DNA from: Nitrospirota bacterium
Lineage (GTDB): Bacteria > Nitrospirota > UBA9217
Length of the DNA: 64,000 bases
Direction: 5' to 3'
NCBI GenBank assembly: GCA_963737155.1
Contig: CAVTRN010000002.1
Location: forward strand, 320,001-384,000
Part shown: positions 10,068 through 20,558 of the stretch, piece after piece
Position numbering within the stretch: position 1 is the stretch's first letter
Layout: every line of letters begins with the position of its first letter
Notes under the pieces: generated by a model
What the model was told of the DNA's origin: nothing
Databases searched by the model: none
The model's input: the letters and a program-made list of their open reading frames with translations, nothing else
Translations under genes and position numbers: made by a program

Positions 10068-10598
10068 CGAATGCCTCCTCGCCATGGCCGTCTCCCTAAC
10101 TCATCGGGAATCCCGCTTTTTCCCAGCCCTCTACCCCTTCGTTGAAAACCCTGACATTCAGAAAGCCCTTTCCGATATATTCTGCCACCCGAGCGGCGGC
10201 ACTCGCCTTTTTTGTTTAGGGTCAATAGAATATAATTTCCTGCCCTTTAGGCCACGAATTGATCTTGTCTCTAAATTCTGTTATGAAATAGCCCGTCAAG
10301 ATATGTCGTTTATTGATAAGCCCTATTTCTAGTATAACACGAGGAGAAATTGGGAGTATTCGGCCGCCTTCAAATTTGCCCTCCTCGGTGTGATTTTTAA
10401 AAAGTTATCAATTTTCATTATCAGTTTTTTCGCCTAATTGACAGATCATTTTTCAGTGGATTCTTGACAACGGGTTTTCATGATATATAGTCATAATAGA
10501 CTCGGTTTTCACAATCTTTTAGATAAATCAATGAACGTCGTTTTTACTACCCACTGTAACTGAAGTGCTCGGCAGGACGGGATCTGTAATCTATTTAG

Positions 10599-11240
10599 GT
10601 GCTTAAAATGCAAGAATTGCGATATTTTGCAATTATGTTTAATTTGCTGACGGCGCTTTTGGATTCCTGGACTGTATGGTCCAGTGTTGCAGGCGATGAG
10701 GTTAAAGGGAAAATATGGCGATTGAAGTATCTTCAGCTAGCTTACGGGCAGGGGCTATATCGACCCTATGAGAAACTCGTCACTCTGGCCGCCAAAGAAA
10801 CTGGTCTGCCAGAATCCAGCACCGACAAACTTGTTAAGAATTGGAAGAAGCTCAAACCGTGGACAGAGGTGAAAGAGGTCCTGACCGAACTGAATCAGCA
10901 CGTTCCTCTAGCGGTAGTCACTAACTGCTCGCAGGTTCTAGGGCTGCAGGCGGCCGCTCTTTGCGGAGTCAAATTTGACGTTGTAGTTACATCAGAACGA
11001 GCCGGTTTTTATAAACCTAACCCTGCTCCGTACCTACTTGCAATACGCGAATTGGGTTTTGAACCAAAGAAGGTATTGTATGTTTCCGGGTCTGCCTATG
11101 ACATTCGCGGGGCTATCGATGTGGGGATGGATGTATATTGGCATAACCGGATTGGCATGTCCAAACCGGAAGAAGTACCGGAGCCGGTTATTATGGCCAA
11201 CAGCCTTATGCCGCTAAAAGATTTTGTATGGAGGGCCTGA
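10599..11240 (+). CDS. HAD-superfamily hydrolase (haloacid dehalogenase-like), motif I reads FNLLT
   Basis: VVTNCS, GFYKPNPAPY, YVSGSAYD motifs. The expected motif I Asp is Asn. Confidence 0.8.
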   Translation: MLKMQELRYFAIMFNLLTALLDSWTVWSSVAGDEVKGKIWRLKYLQLAYGQGLYRPYEKLVTLAAKETGLPESSTDKLVKNWKKLKPWTEVKEVLTELNQHVPLAVVTNCSQVLGLQAAALCGVKFDVVVTSERAGFYKPNPAPYLLAIRELGFEPKKVLYVSGSAYDIRGAIDVGMDVYWHNRIGMSKPEEVPEPVIMANSLMPLKDFVWRA

Positions 11241-12133
11241 TGGGCTTTTAGGTCAAACAAAGGGCTGATCAGAGCATAGATGGGTTGTCATTTATGGAAT
11301 GAACTACCAATTTAAAATATCACAGTTTGTTGTGTAGTTCAGAAAGATTCCCTCTGTGGACGCTTGATTGAAATGTGGATTTGAATAAATTCGAGGTTTT
11401 ATGTTGGTGCTTTGGCTAGAGATTTATGAACAACCCTACAATACTGAATCCGGGACATCTTTGCCGGGATTCCGCCGGAAACTCTCCTCAAGTGATCATA
11501 TAATATTATTTGTATATTCCATCCTACAGGGTAGTTTTAAGTTCCAGATTTTCTTCCAGAAGTTTTGGAGTATTCATCTTTAGCAACATTTAACAGTACA
11601 AGCGGATTTTTCATATTTAATCTACCTATCTTCTGCCCATTCATGGACATGCCCATTCATGGGCATTGACATAAATCAGCAGCAGGCATATAGTCATCAA
11701 TGCCATTTTGAATATTATTGTCACGTTCATTGCCAAATCTGTTAACATCGAATTTCGGATATTAGTTATGCACACTCTGATGCAGCCGTACCGATAATAA
11801 ATAACCTGTTAGTCCAGAAAGAAGCGCTGATCGAAACCCAAGAATATTTTATTTCGAAAAAGTTTACTGCCATGATGAAGTGGTCAGCGGCGATTTGTGC
11901 TATATTCGGTATCCTCGAAAACAGCATTATATTCGTAGACCCTCCTAAGAAACGCGCCTTTGGCTTTTTCCCCAATATTATAGGCATACCTATTTTTGTT
12001 GGAGCTGGCTATTGCGTTCAGTTTCTAAGGCGATCAATAAAATATGCGATAACTGTCGAGGCTGCTGGGATAAGGGATATGCATCAATCGTCTACAGCAC
12101 TTGTTTGGCAAGATGTCGGACAAATAGCGGGGT

Positions 12134-13387
12134 GTGCTGGACATGGTGGCTAGGCGGTCGCTGGGGCGGCAGTTCGAGTGGCTCTGGGCGGCGTATGCGA
12201 TCAGCGTGTCCGGCACGTGGTTCGCGTTCGGTGCGTTTCCCTTGATCGCGATCCTTGTGCTGCACTCCGGGCCGACCGAGGTGTCATTGCTGGCGGCTAC
12301 GGGGCTGGCAGTGGGGGCGGTGGTGGCGGTGCCGCTCGGCACGTGGGTGGAGTTCCGCAGCAAGCGGCCGGTGATGATTGCGATGGACCTGACCCGGTTC
12401 GCGGCATTGATGAGCGTCCCCGCCGCGTTCGTGTTCGGCTGGCTCAGCTTCGTCCAGCTCCTGGTCGTGTCGGTCATCGTCGCCGCAGCCAATATCGCCT
12501 TCAAGGCGGCCAGCGGCGTATATCTGAAAGCGCTCGTGCGGCCGGAGGACCTGCTCGTCGCGAATGGGCGGTTCGAGTCCACGACCTGGATCGCCACGGC
12601 GCTCGGACCACCGCTCGGTGGGGTCGCGATCGGGCTGTTCGGCCCGGTGACGACCGTGGTGGCCGATGCGGTAAGCTACCTGTTCTCGGCAGTAGGCATC
12701 CGCGCGATTGGGGAGAGGGAGCAGCGCCCTGTACGAATTGATGCGCCACGGCTCCGAACCGGCGAACTGCTTGACGGGTGGCGGTACATCCTGACTCACC
12801 CGGCGCTGCGCCCGCTGTTCTTCAACACGGTCCTGGTTAACGGCCTGATCATGGCGACCTCGCCGCTGCTCGCCGTCCTCATGCTCGGCCGCCTCGGGTT
12901 CGCACCCTGGCAGTATGGCCTCGCGTTCGGAGCACCCTGCGTCGGCGGCCTCATCGGCTCACGACTGGCTCACCGACTCGTCGCGCGGTTCGGGCAGCAC
13001 AAGGTCATGCTCGTCGCCGGGGCACTGCGCGCGTGCTGGCCGCTCGGGTTGGCCTTCATCCGCCCCGGCGCTGCCGGGCTCATGCTTGTCATCGCTGTCG
13101 AGCTTGGGCTGATCACCTGCATAAGCGTATTCAACCCGGTGTTCGCCACCTACCGTCTGGACCAGACCGCGACGGATCGAGTCGCCCGCATCCTGTCCGC
13201 GTGGTCCGTCACCAGCAACATCACCATCGCGTCCATGACCGCCCTGTGGGGCCTGCTGGCCAGCATCACCAGCCCCCGAACCGCGATCGCGATCGCCGGT
13301 GTCCTCATGCTGGCCACACCGCTTTTGCTTCCCCGACACGACTACGTACCGCAGCACGAGCCGGAACCGGCCCGGAGCTACATATGA
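12134..13387 (+). CDS. MFS transporter, high-GC, Actinobacteria-like
   Basis: About 12 hydrophobic segments and a G-x-W-V-E-F-R-x-K-R-P-V-M motif-A variant. GC visibly much higher than the flanks. Confidence 0.88.
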   Translation: MLDMVARRSLGRQFEWLWAAYAISVSGTWFAFGAFPLIAILVLHSGPTEVSLLAATGLAVGAVVAVPLGTWVEFRSKRPVMIAMDLTRFAALMSVPAAFVFGWLSFVQLLVVSVIVAAANIAFKAASGVYLKALVRPEDLLVANGRFESTTWIATALGPPLGGVAIGLFGPVTTVVADAVSYLFSAVGIRAIGEREQRPVRIDAPRLRTGELLDGWRYILTHPALRPLFFNTVLVNGLIMATSPLLAVLMLGRLGFAPWQYGLAFGAPCVGGLIGSRLAHRLVARFGQHKVMLVAGALRACWPLGLAFIRPGAAGLMLVIAVELGLITCISVFNPVFATYRLDQTATDRVARILSAWSVTSNITIASMTALWGLLASITSPRTAIAIAGVLMLATPLLLPRHDYVPQHEPEPARSYI

Positions 13388-13985
13388 CACACTGCACTCG
13401 CCACTGACCCCTGAAGGCAGACAGCGGCTGGTCCGCCGATGCAGGTTGGTCTCGACAGTGGTGACGCGATGGAGACGACCAAGCACTGCTGGATCGCTAC
13501 CCAGTATCCAGCCCAACCCGGACGCCTAACCCACCATCGACTGCATTATCGACCTGCGGAAACGACATCGTAGTCGGCCGCACCATCGTCTCGCAAATCA
13601 TCGACAAGGGAATACTGATCAGCACGGCTACAGTCACTCAACACCTCAAGGCCAACGACCGGAACCGGCTGCGCCATTTAGACGCCGTCATAAGAGAACC
13701 GAACTGCAAGCCAGACAGGCAAGATTATAGCCGACTACCCCGTCCACATGATCCATCTTGACGTGAAGAAGGTCGGCTGTATCCCCGATGGCGGTGGTGA
13801 GCGCATTCACGGCAGGGATCATCGCAAGCCGGAGTCGCCGCGGTTGCCAAGACAAGGCCGCTCGGGCCGGATACACCTACCTTCACTCGGCTATCGACGG
13901 GTTCACCCGACTCGTTTACACCGAGCCGCACGACGACGAGACCGCCGCCACCGGCGCAAAAACGCTTCTGTTTCGCCGGAGTATG
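13384..13985 (+). mobile_element. IS481-family transposase pseudogene
   Basis: Fragments PLTPEGRQRLVRRC, HMIHLDVKKVGCIPDGGG and GYTYLHSAIDGFTRLVYTE lie in different frames. Confidence 0.85.
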
Positions 13986-14534
13986 AGCGACATGACGAAA
14001 GTTATTACAACTTATACTCGACATACGAGACCCTTTAAATATAAGATATTCTTTACTTAACGAGCTATAATTGCTAAAGATGAAAATGGGAAAATATCTA
14101 AGCTGGAGGTTTAAGTGACATCTACGAGTGTGTAAACTTGCAGAAGAAGAAAGTCACAAAGAATGTTCTAAATGCGCCAGAACTGAAGCTGAGCCCACAA
14201 AAGACTTTGAAACACGGTTCAGTGAGTTCCGTGAGCGACCATTGATCATGCCCTTGGAGGAGTTTACTTCTCAGAAAAGTGAAGAGTATCCCGTTGTGCC
14301 AACCACATCAAGAAAGTCCGTTCTTGTGGAGTTCCTGATAGAAAGAGAATTTTAAGATAGTCAATATATCAGGACAGCAGTTGACAAACATCGAAATAAA
14401 AAAATAAATGTTGCGAACTCGCTCTGTAACTTGCCGCAATATATATGATGGATGGTCGGGTTATCAAAATAGGCAAATGGTGTGAAAGCATAATAATACA
14501 AATTTGATTATACAATAAAAAAGGGAGAGGGATT

Positions 14535-15632
14535 ATGATTAATAAATGCTTTTCCCGTACCATTATTTATTTACTATATATCATGGTTGCATTGACCCGC
14601 GTAGTCGGTGCCGGAGACGAACCACCATTGAAGGCATCTGAACAATGGAGAAAAGATTTGAAACGACTGGTTATGCTCTCCAGAATTGTTGCTGATAAAC
14701 CTTCTTTGTTAAGTCAAAAGCCTTCAACTCAACAAATTCCTGACTTAGCGGCTGAACCCTTTTGTTGTATATCGCCTGATTTGAATGAATGCTTATTATC
14801 CCAAATATCTAGCATGCTCTTGCAAATAACAACAGATACTGCAAATATATTCGATGCAACACAAGGAGCAGCGGTTCAAATAACCTTTGGTAGGGCAACA
14901 GATGTATGGACTGAAAAAGACATTTCAAATAATTGGGACACCCTGCAGAAATGGACAAATGTATTGGGACCAGCGGCCGTAGTTGTAGGCGCAATACTGA
15001 TATCTCAGCATAAAGAAGGCAGTGCTTATCGTTTGGGAGAAGAGATTGCTGGCAGCGGCGCTGCGTTGATAATAGTAGGTGATTTGGGTACGTTAGGCCA
15101 ACTGTTTGGTGGCGTCAGTCCAAAACATAGAGCAAAGACTGCAATAAGAACGATTAATACATTGCAAGATATTGAAACGTCAAGGCAAGCATACGAAGAC
15201 TCGCAACTTATTTATGGGTTTTTAGATAATTATAGTAATAAATCTAAAAAGCTTTTAAATACAATATTATCGTTATCAAACGATGCTAAAGCCTTAAGTA
15301 GTGTAGCTCCTTCTCCCGATAAATCGAAGAGGATTGTGGAACTATGTGATAAAACGAGAGAGGTAGTAAGTGATTTTAAAGAGACTGCCGGCTTTACAGA
15401 AGATTATGCAAATCAACTACTGATTCTTTATAAAAAATACCATGATGAGGTTTCTTCACCTGAAGATAAGTTAAAATTTGAGGATGCACGGCAAAGCGTG
15501 AATAATTTTAATGCTAAATATGATGAAGTAATTGTTCCTTATTTGCAAGGCGTACCTGAAGTAATTGAAGCAATGCAAAATATAAAGGCAGCTTTCATCG
15601 CAAACAGCATTGCTGATAAACATTACTTCTAA
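14535..15632 (+). CDS. Hypothetical secreted/membrane protein, helical C-terminus
   Basis: 365-aa AT-rich ORF with RBS, an N-terminal hydrophobic segment and two Gly-rich hydrophobic stretches. Confidence 0.7.
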   Translation: MINKCFSRTIIYLLYIMVALTRVVGAGDEPPLKASEQWRKDLKRLVMLSRIVADKPSLLSQKPSTQQIPDLAAEPFCCISPDLNECLLSQISSMLLQITTDTANIFDATQGAAVQITFGRATDVWTEKDISNNWDTLQKWTNVLGPAAVVVGAILISQHKEGSAYRLGEEIAGSGAALIIVGDLGTLGQLFGGVSPKHRAKTAIRTINTLQDIETSRQAYEDSQLIYGFLDNYSNKSKKLLNTILSLSNDAKALSSVAPSPDKSKRIVELCDKTREVVSDFKETAGFTEDYANQLLILYKKYHDEVSSPEDKLKFEDARQSVNNFNAKYDEVIVPYLQGVPEVIEAMQNIKAAFIANSIADKHYF

Positions 15633-16118
15633 CCGCTTTCTAGCGGAATGCTGACAAAAGCAGTAAAACAGCATAAAATGTATCCGTCCAAGAAACGTTT
15701 AAAAAAAGCGTTTTCTTTATGTTGCTGTACATCATTTGATGATGGTGGGAGGATTTAAATAAACTCATAACCGAAGGTCGTCGGTTCAAAACCGCCTCCG
15801 CTTCCAAACTTATCATGAGGATACAGGATTTTCTGTAGCCTCTTTTTATTGTGCCGAGCATGTTCGACAGCTTGGATGTGCAAGATATATGTGGGTAGGG
15901 CATAAGGTTATTCTTCCCCATTAAAGTATAGGAAAAAAATTCTTCAAGACTACCCAAAATAGCAACCTCCTGCTGAGAATTACTTTTGGAACGTAGAGTG
16001 AAATCCCGTAGTTCGGCATTGTTGGTCACCCTCCTGTCGTGAAACGGGCCTGAATGATGGAGGGCGTCGGGGACAGACAACCATGCTTGGCCGTGATCGA
16101 CGTTTTAATTAACGCCTC

Positions 16119-16349
16119 TCAACCTTTCTTGTAAAACCCTTCTTTTTTAACATTACGCCGATGCCCCGTTGGGGGCTTTCCGATAGTATCAACTTTTTTC
16201 TCCATTTCGCCGGTATGTCTCTCCTGTCTTTCCATCACTATCTTTTCTGCATCGACCCAATTCTTTAAATCATTCCCGTGAACTCTGCCTGCTTTTTCAT
16301 AAAATTCGTACGCAACCCTTGCAATCTTGTCATGTATATCTTTTTTCAT
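16119..16349 (-). CDS. DUF2934 domain small protein
   Basis: IARVAYEFYEKAGRVHGNDLKNWVDAEK. GGAGG RBS. Confidence 0.8.
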   Translation of the reverse strand: MKKDIHDKIARVAYEFYEKAGRVHGNDLKNWVDAEKIVMERQERHTGEMEKKVDTIGKPPTGHRRNVKKEGFYKKG

Positions 16350-16413
16350 TATCGTTCAATCCTCCCTCTAAATAATATTGCTTATGAGTGGTCCCATTTC
16401 AATCCTATCGACA

Positions 16414-16818
16414 CTATTTCTGAAAGTACTTCCGGACTTTCGCCGCAACCTGACGATCAGTCATCTTGTCAACAGTTTCAATGCCTGCGATGAGTCCACC
16501 GAGGTTGCTTTTTTTTAGACGTTTTATTAGTTCGCCCGTTGCCTCACCAGGGCCAAATATCAGAATAGATCTAGCATCACGAATACTCGCGATTACCGCA
16601 TCGTAGTAAATGTTGAGATGTCCCGTAAACCTTTTCTGACGGCTGTCAGCTGACGGTACTTGCAGCGGTTCATAGCGACCTTTAAGGGGGGAATCACCGG
16701 ACCGGCGGAGTTGTTTTAAAGCCTTCGATATTACCAGCGTGGTCTCTTCCCCTTTATCCGTAACAGCCACGATAATAGCCTTCCTATGGTCGATCCATAA
16801 ACCCATCGTCGTTTTCAT
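16414..16818 (-). CDS. Host-attachment / eRF1-fold-like small protein
   Basis: GLWIDHRKAIIV ... ILIFGPGEA ... DKMTDRQVAAKVRKYF. Confidence 0.75.
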   Translation of the reverse strand: MKTTMGLWIDHRKAIIVAVTDKGEETTLVISKALKQLRRSGDSPLKGRYEPLQVPSADSRQKRFTGHLNIYYDAVIASIRDARSILIFGPGEATGELIKRLKKSNLGGLIAGIETVDKMTDRQVAAKVRKYFQK

Positions 16819-17019
16819 AAATGTCTCCTTTAGCCGCTTACGCTTATATATAAAATTATACTACTAATAAAAGCTTCTGGAAGCCGCTCTTCTATCTCTC
16901 TTCCTCTTTGATGTAGATTTTACGTATCATGTTCTTACTGAGAACTCCAGGAGCGTTGTCGCCCGAGTAACCTTAAAGGAACGCCTAATCCCCGCAGGAT
17001 TTGTCCTGGACGTCTTTAA

Positions 17020-17340
17020 ATATGGCGGCATCGAAGATCGCTCTGAAAGAAGCGCAATTCTTCAGATGCGTTCCGATATAATGGCTGATCTCCGGAAACC
17101 GGTAGATGATAGCTGACAGTTGAAAGAACCTGCCCCTTGCCACGTGGGTTATACTTGGGAGTGAGAGTGCTCAAATACACAGCCACAACCAAGGGGGCAG
17201 GTAAGAATAATTGTGTCACATTCATCGGTCATGATGTCCACAAAGATTCCATAAAAACCGCGGTTGCAGACGGTTTCAGCAAGCAGGACGTTCCTCACCG
17301 CGGCACAATCGGTAGCAGCCTGGATTCGCTAGCACTTCGT
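17020..17340 (+). mobile_element. IS110-family remnant: structured non-coding left end plus N-terminal transposase stub
   Basis: TFIGHDVHKDSIKTAVAD matches the IS110 G-x-D-V-H-K start. Preceded by about 190 nt of nested inverted repeats. Confidence 0.65.
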
Positions 17341-17617
17341 TCTTCATGGAGCTGATATAGTTGCATCTGTTGGAAAATAAAAACTGCAATTGGAAGTAGT
17401 TAGAACGCGCCTTAGCGCTGGTACTCCTGCCTCCACCTGCCCGTAAAAACGAGCTATAATTAGTTAAGAATTCAAGCATGATCATCCACGTTAAACTTAT
17501 CGTTTTTGCCGCTATGCTTAACGTCGGTTGTAGGTATGGTTCTAGAGGCCACAACAGGGCACAAAGTCATTGTCACGTAAAAACGAGGTTTTAAATGAAA
17601 CAGGAGGTGACCAACAT

Positions 17618-18061
17618 ATGAAAACCATCCTCAAGGCGTTCTATACAAAACCGCTTGTGATCTATCTAATATTAGCGTTGATTGAGATCTCGACTTTCGC
17701 CGGACCAGCCGAGGCCATGTTTTTCCCTGCCGCACCTCATCAGAATATGACCGAGGCGACCGCATTATCCGCGAGCCGGGCGGCAGATATGGCTAAGATC
17801 CAGACGGCATTGGAATCGAAGATTCTCCAGCAAAAGCTTATGGACTACGGGCTATCTCCTGAGGAGACTATGGCGCGGGTGAACAAACTTTCGGACGAGC
17901 AGATTCATCAGCTCGCTACACGCGCGGACTCGCTCCAAGCGGGCGGATACGGGGGTGGTGCTGGGGTTTTGGTGTTTCTCTTCCTGGTGCTCATCATCGT
18001 TGTGTTGATTGTGGCACTCACATACCCCGGGTACGGGTACGGGTACGGCCATCACAGATAG
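17618..18061 (+). CDS. PA2779-family protein
   Basis: LQQKLMDYGLSPEETMARVNKLSDEQIHQLA..LQAGG followed by a TM helix. AGGAGG RBS. Confidence 0.85.
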   Translation: MKTILKAFYTKPLVIYLILALIEISTFAGPAEAMFFPAAPHQNMTEATALSASRAADMAKIQTALESKILQQKLMDYGLSPEETMARVNKLSDEQIHQLATRADSLQAGGYGGGAGVLVFLFLVLIIVVLIVALTYPGYGYGYGHHR

Positions 18062-18424
18062 GATCACGTTTCTTAAATAAAACGGGAGGGAACCACATAC
18101 GAAGAATTTACTCAATATTTCTATGCGAAGCCGCTATTAGCCGCTGTGATTATGGCGTTTAAAATGCATTCTGAGCGTAACACAAAGTGACAAATGTCCC
18201 TAACCTGTCTCTCAACTCGAACCGAGAGAGCATGTACCGGATGCTTTCCAAAAAGGGAACTCCGAGATTAAAAGCATCTTTACCCTGCTGCACTCGCTGG
18301 GGATGAAACTGTATGTCGAGCCGAAGACTAGGTCGGCGAAGTCATCAAAGACCAAAAAGGCGGGATAAGATAAGCAAAGGGTGCGCTCGGATTCGTGAGT
18401 TAAAATATTCGGACGCGCCGATTT

Positions 18425-18657
18425 ACGTGAGGCAACGACCAGACCACAGTTTGTAGCAAAAGATAGCGAAAAAGGCATAGATTACAAAGAAAGCCGCAGA
18501 TGATATCTTAGAATGCATCATAGAAGTAGCCTAACAAAGAAGACAAAACACTTTCACGTTGCCTGGACTTGGCAAACTCGTTCTCGCTCAGCGTAAGGCA
18601 CGTAGCGGCAGGAACCACGCAACAGGAGAGACTAATCAAATTAAGGCAAAGAAGGGT
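18425..18657 (+). pseudogene. HU pseudogene, 5' part (interrupted by the TnpB element)
   Basis: Aligns to 4444-4677 (FTLPGLGKLVLAQRKARSGRNHATGET..IKAKK) with internal TAG, TAA and a frameshift. Confidence 0.85.
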
Positions 18658-20538
18658 TCTCAACTGGTCAAGCTTTAATTGTATATTAGCAACTTTTATG
18701 ATATATTATATTCAATGGAATATATAAATAAGGGCTAAGCATCAGTAAACTAACAACTTGAGGCCGTAAAAAGTGTCAACTAGGAAAAGCACCAAAAATA
18801 AGAATGGTGGTGGAAAAGACACCCTGTCATTCACTGCAAATATGCTTCTGGATGATCACCCCTACCCGGAAATAAAGACCTCTCTTTATGCCATCCTCGA
18901 CGATACGGGCATCTTGTATGGCCGTATAAAGCGGACCCTGTTTAAAGACTGCATTCGCTCCGGCAAAAAAACAACAGAATTAAAGAACGAATACCTGTTA
19001 ACGTACAAGATCACTGCACGGCAGTACAATGCAGTCCGCTATGACCTGGACGGGAATATCAAGGCGGTAACGGAAATCAACAAGCTCAGAATCCTGGATC
19101 TTGAAGAGAAAATAATATCAGTAAAAAAGTGGATAGCAAACAATGAGTCAAGAATACTCAAAATAACGGATGATGTGAGTATCCCAAGCACTGAAAAAAA
19201 GATCCAGGCAAAGGAGCTTCAGTATCGTGTTGATAATAAGAAACGAAAGCTTGCTTCTTTGGAGCAAAAGCTTTCCAAGCTCAGGGAAGATCAGAAAAAC
19301 CGGCGGGTAAGGATTTGTTTCGGGTCAAACAAGATATTCAGAAAACAATTTTCCCTGGAGGAAAACGGGTACAAAAGCCACAATGAATGGCTCCTGGACT
19401 GGAAAAGGTCTCGCAATAACACTTTCTTTTGCCTTGGCTCGAAGGACGAATCGGGCGGGAACCAAACGTGCACCCTGAAGTCCGATGGGACGATGAGATT
19501 AAGGGTCCCTGATTGTATGAAGGACAAATACGGGCATTCCATTGTAATTCCCCGCATAAAATATCCCTATGGTCAGGAACATATCGAAACGGCCCTTCAG
19601 GCCGGAATAGCGATTTCTCACAGGTTTACCAGGGGCGAGAAGGGCTGGTACCTGCACACGACGGTAGATGTTCCAAAGGCAAAAACAGTTACTTACAAGC
19701 CAAAGGAAATCGGGTCTATCGGAGTGGACGTCAATGAAAAAGAAATCGCGGTTAGCGAGACCGACCGGTACGGGAATTATGTCAGGAGCATAACATATCC
19801 ATCCTGCGTTAAGGATTTGCGTACTGAACAGACAGAAGCAATGTATAGCGATATCTGCAAGTCCATCGTGGACCGGGCAGCCAAGACGAGAAAACCTATA
19901 TCCCACGAAGAACTCGATTTTAGCAAGAAGAAAGCTTCCTTAAAAGAGCAGGGCGTTACTTACGCAAGGATGCTTTCCGGTTTCGCCTACGGAACCTTCC
20001 TCACCCTGCTGGATAGAAGGGCGGCAAAACATGGCGTTTCCGTGCTCCCGGTCAACCCTGCTTTCACCACGACCATAGGGAAATTTAATTACGTGGACCG
20101 CTATGGTATTACGTCGCATGAAGCTGCGGCGCTGGCCATCGCGAGACGCTCTCAACATTTCAGTGAAAGGCCTGATTCCGCCAGAATCGCGCCTCCCGTA
20201 CCTGCAAGGAATCGGGGGGTGCATATCTGGAGCATTTGGAGAAGGCTGAAGACGAGACGGGCGGGCGGTAGCATTAGCCTGACCGGCTCAAGGCGGTCCT
20301 TACAGGACTCCTCAGGTTGCGCTGAACCACAAACGAAATTTACATCAACGAAGACAGCGCAATCCATGCGGCCACCTCTTGCTACAATAAAGAGTGTGCA
20401 CCGCCGCATGGGATCCCAATTCAAAAATCACGGGACTTGGGTGAATCAGAGGCATGCGCCCTGACGTTAACCGGCAGCAGCACTGTTCGGCTGCCGTCCT
20501 AGTATGTGGAAATAAAATACTATGGTTCCAGGAACGGT
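18658..20538 (+). mobile_element. Non-autonomous tnpB-only element (IS200/IS605/IS607 superfamily)
   Basis: Ends are defined by interrupted HU homology, with GGT at both junctions (18655-18657 and 20536-20538). No transposase gene. Confidence 0.8.
18773..20464 (+). CDS. tnpB: TnpB-related RuvC protein (large, no CxxC zinc ribbon)
   Basis: RuvC-I IGVDVN, RuvC-II ISHEELDF, VNPAFTT and RuvC-III-like TSHEAAALAIARR. Long N-terminal coiled coil. Confidence 0.85.
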   Translation: MSTRKSTKNKNGGGKDTLSFTANMLLDDHPYPEIKTSLYAILDDTGILYGRIKRTLFKDCIRSGKKTTELKNEYLLTYKITARQYNAVRYDLDGNIKAVTEINKLRILDLEEKIISVKKWIANNESRILKITDDVSIPSTEKKIQAKELQYRVDNKKRKLASLEQKLSKLREDQKNRRVRICFGSNKIFRKQFSLEENGYKSHNEWLLDWKRSRNNTFFCLGSKDESGGNQTCTLKSDGTMRLRVPDCMKDKYGHSIVIPRIKYPYGQEHIETALQAGIAISHRFTRGEKGWYLHTTVDVPKAKTVTYKPKEIGSIGVDVNEKEIAVSETDRYGNYVRSITYPSCVKDLRTEQTEAMYSDICKSIVDRAAKTRKPISHEELDFSKKKASLKEQGVTYARMLSGFAYGTFLTLLDRRAAKHGVSVLPVNPAFTTTIGKFNYVDRYGITSHEAAALAIARRSQHFSERPDSARIAPPVPARNRGVHIWSIWRRLKTRRAGGSISLTGSRRSLQDSSGCAEPQTKFTSTKTAQSMRPPLATIKSVHRRMGSQFKNHGTWVNQRHAP

Positions 20539-20558
20539 GTCAAATTCGGAGTAGCAAA
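20445..20558 (+). ncRNA. Predicted 3' part of the TnpB omegaRNA/reRNA scaffold plus flanking guide; true 5' end probably further upstream inside tnpB
   Basis: Right-end sequence is conserved in the second copy at 7258-7350, with a GGCAGC...GCTGCC hairpin. Conservation stops exactly after CAGGAACGGT. Confidence 0.6.

Noticed and set aside
12034-13516. Numerous long overlapping ORFs in the MFS region (also within iorB, the large kinase and pgi)
   Set aside because: Shadow ORFs caused by high GC and codon bias of the real genes.
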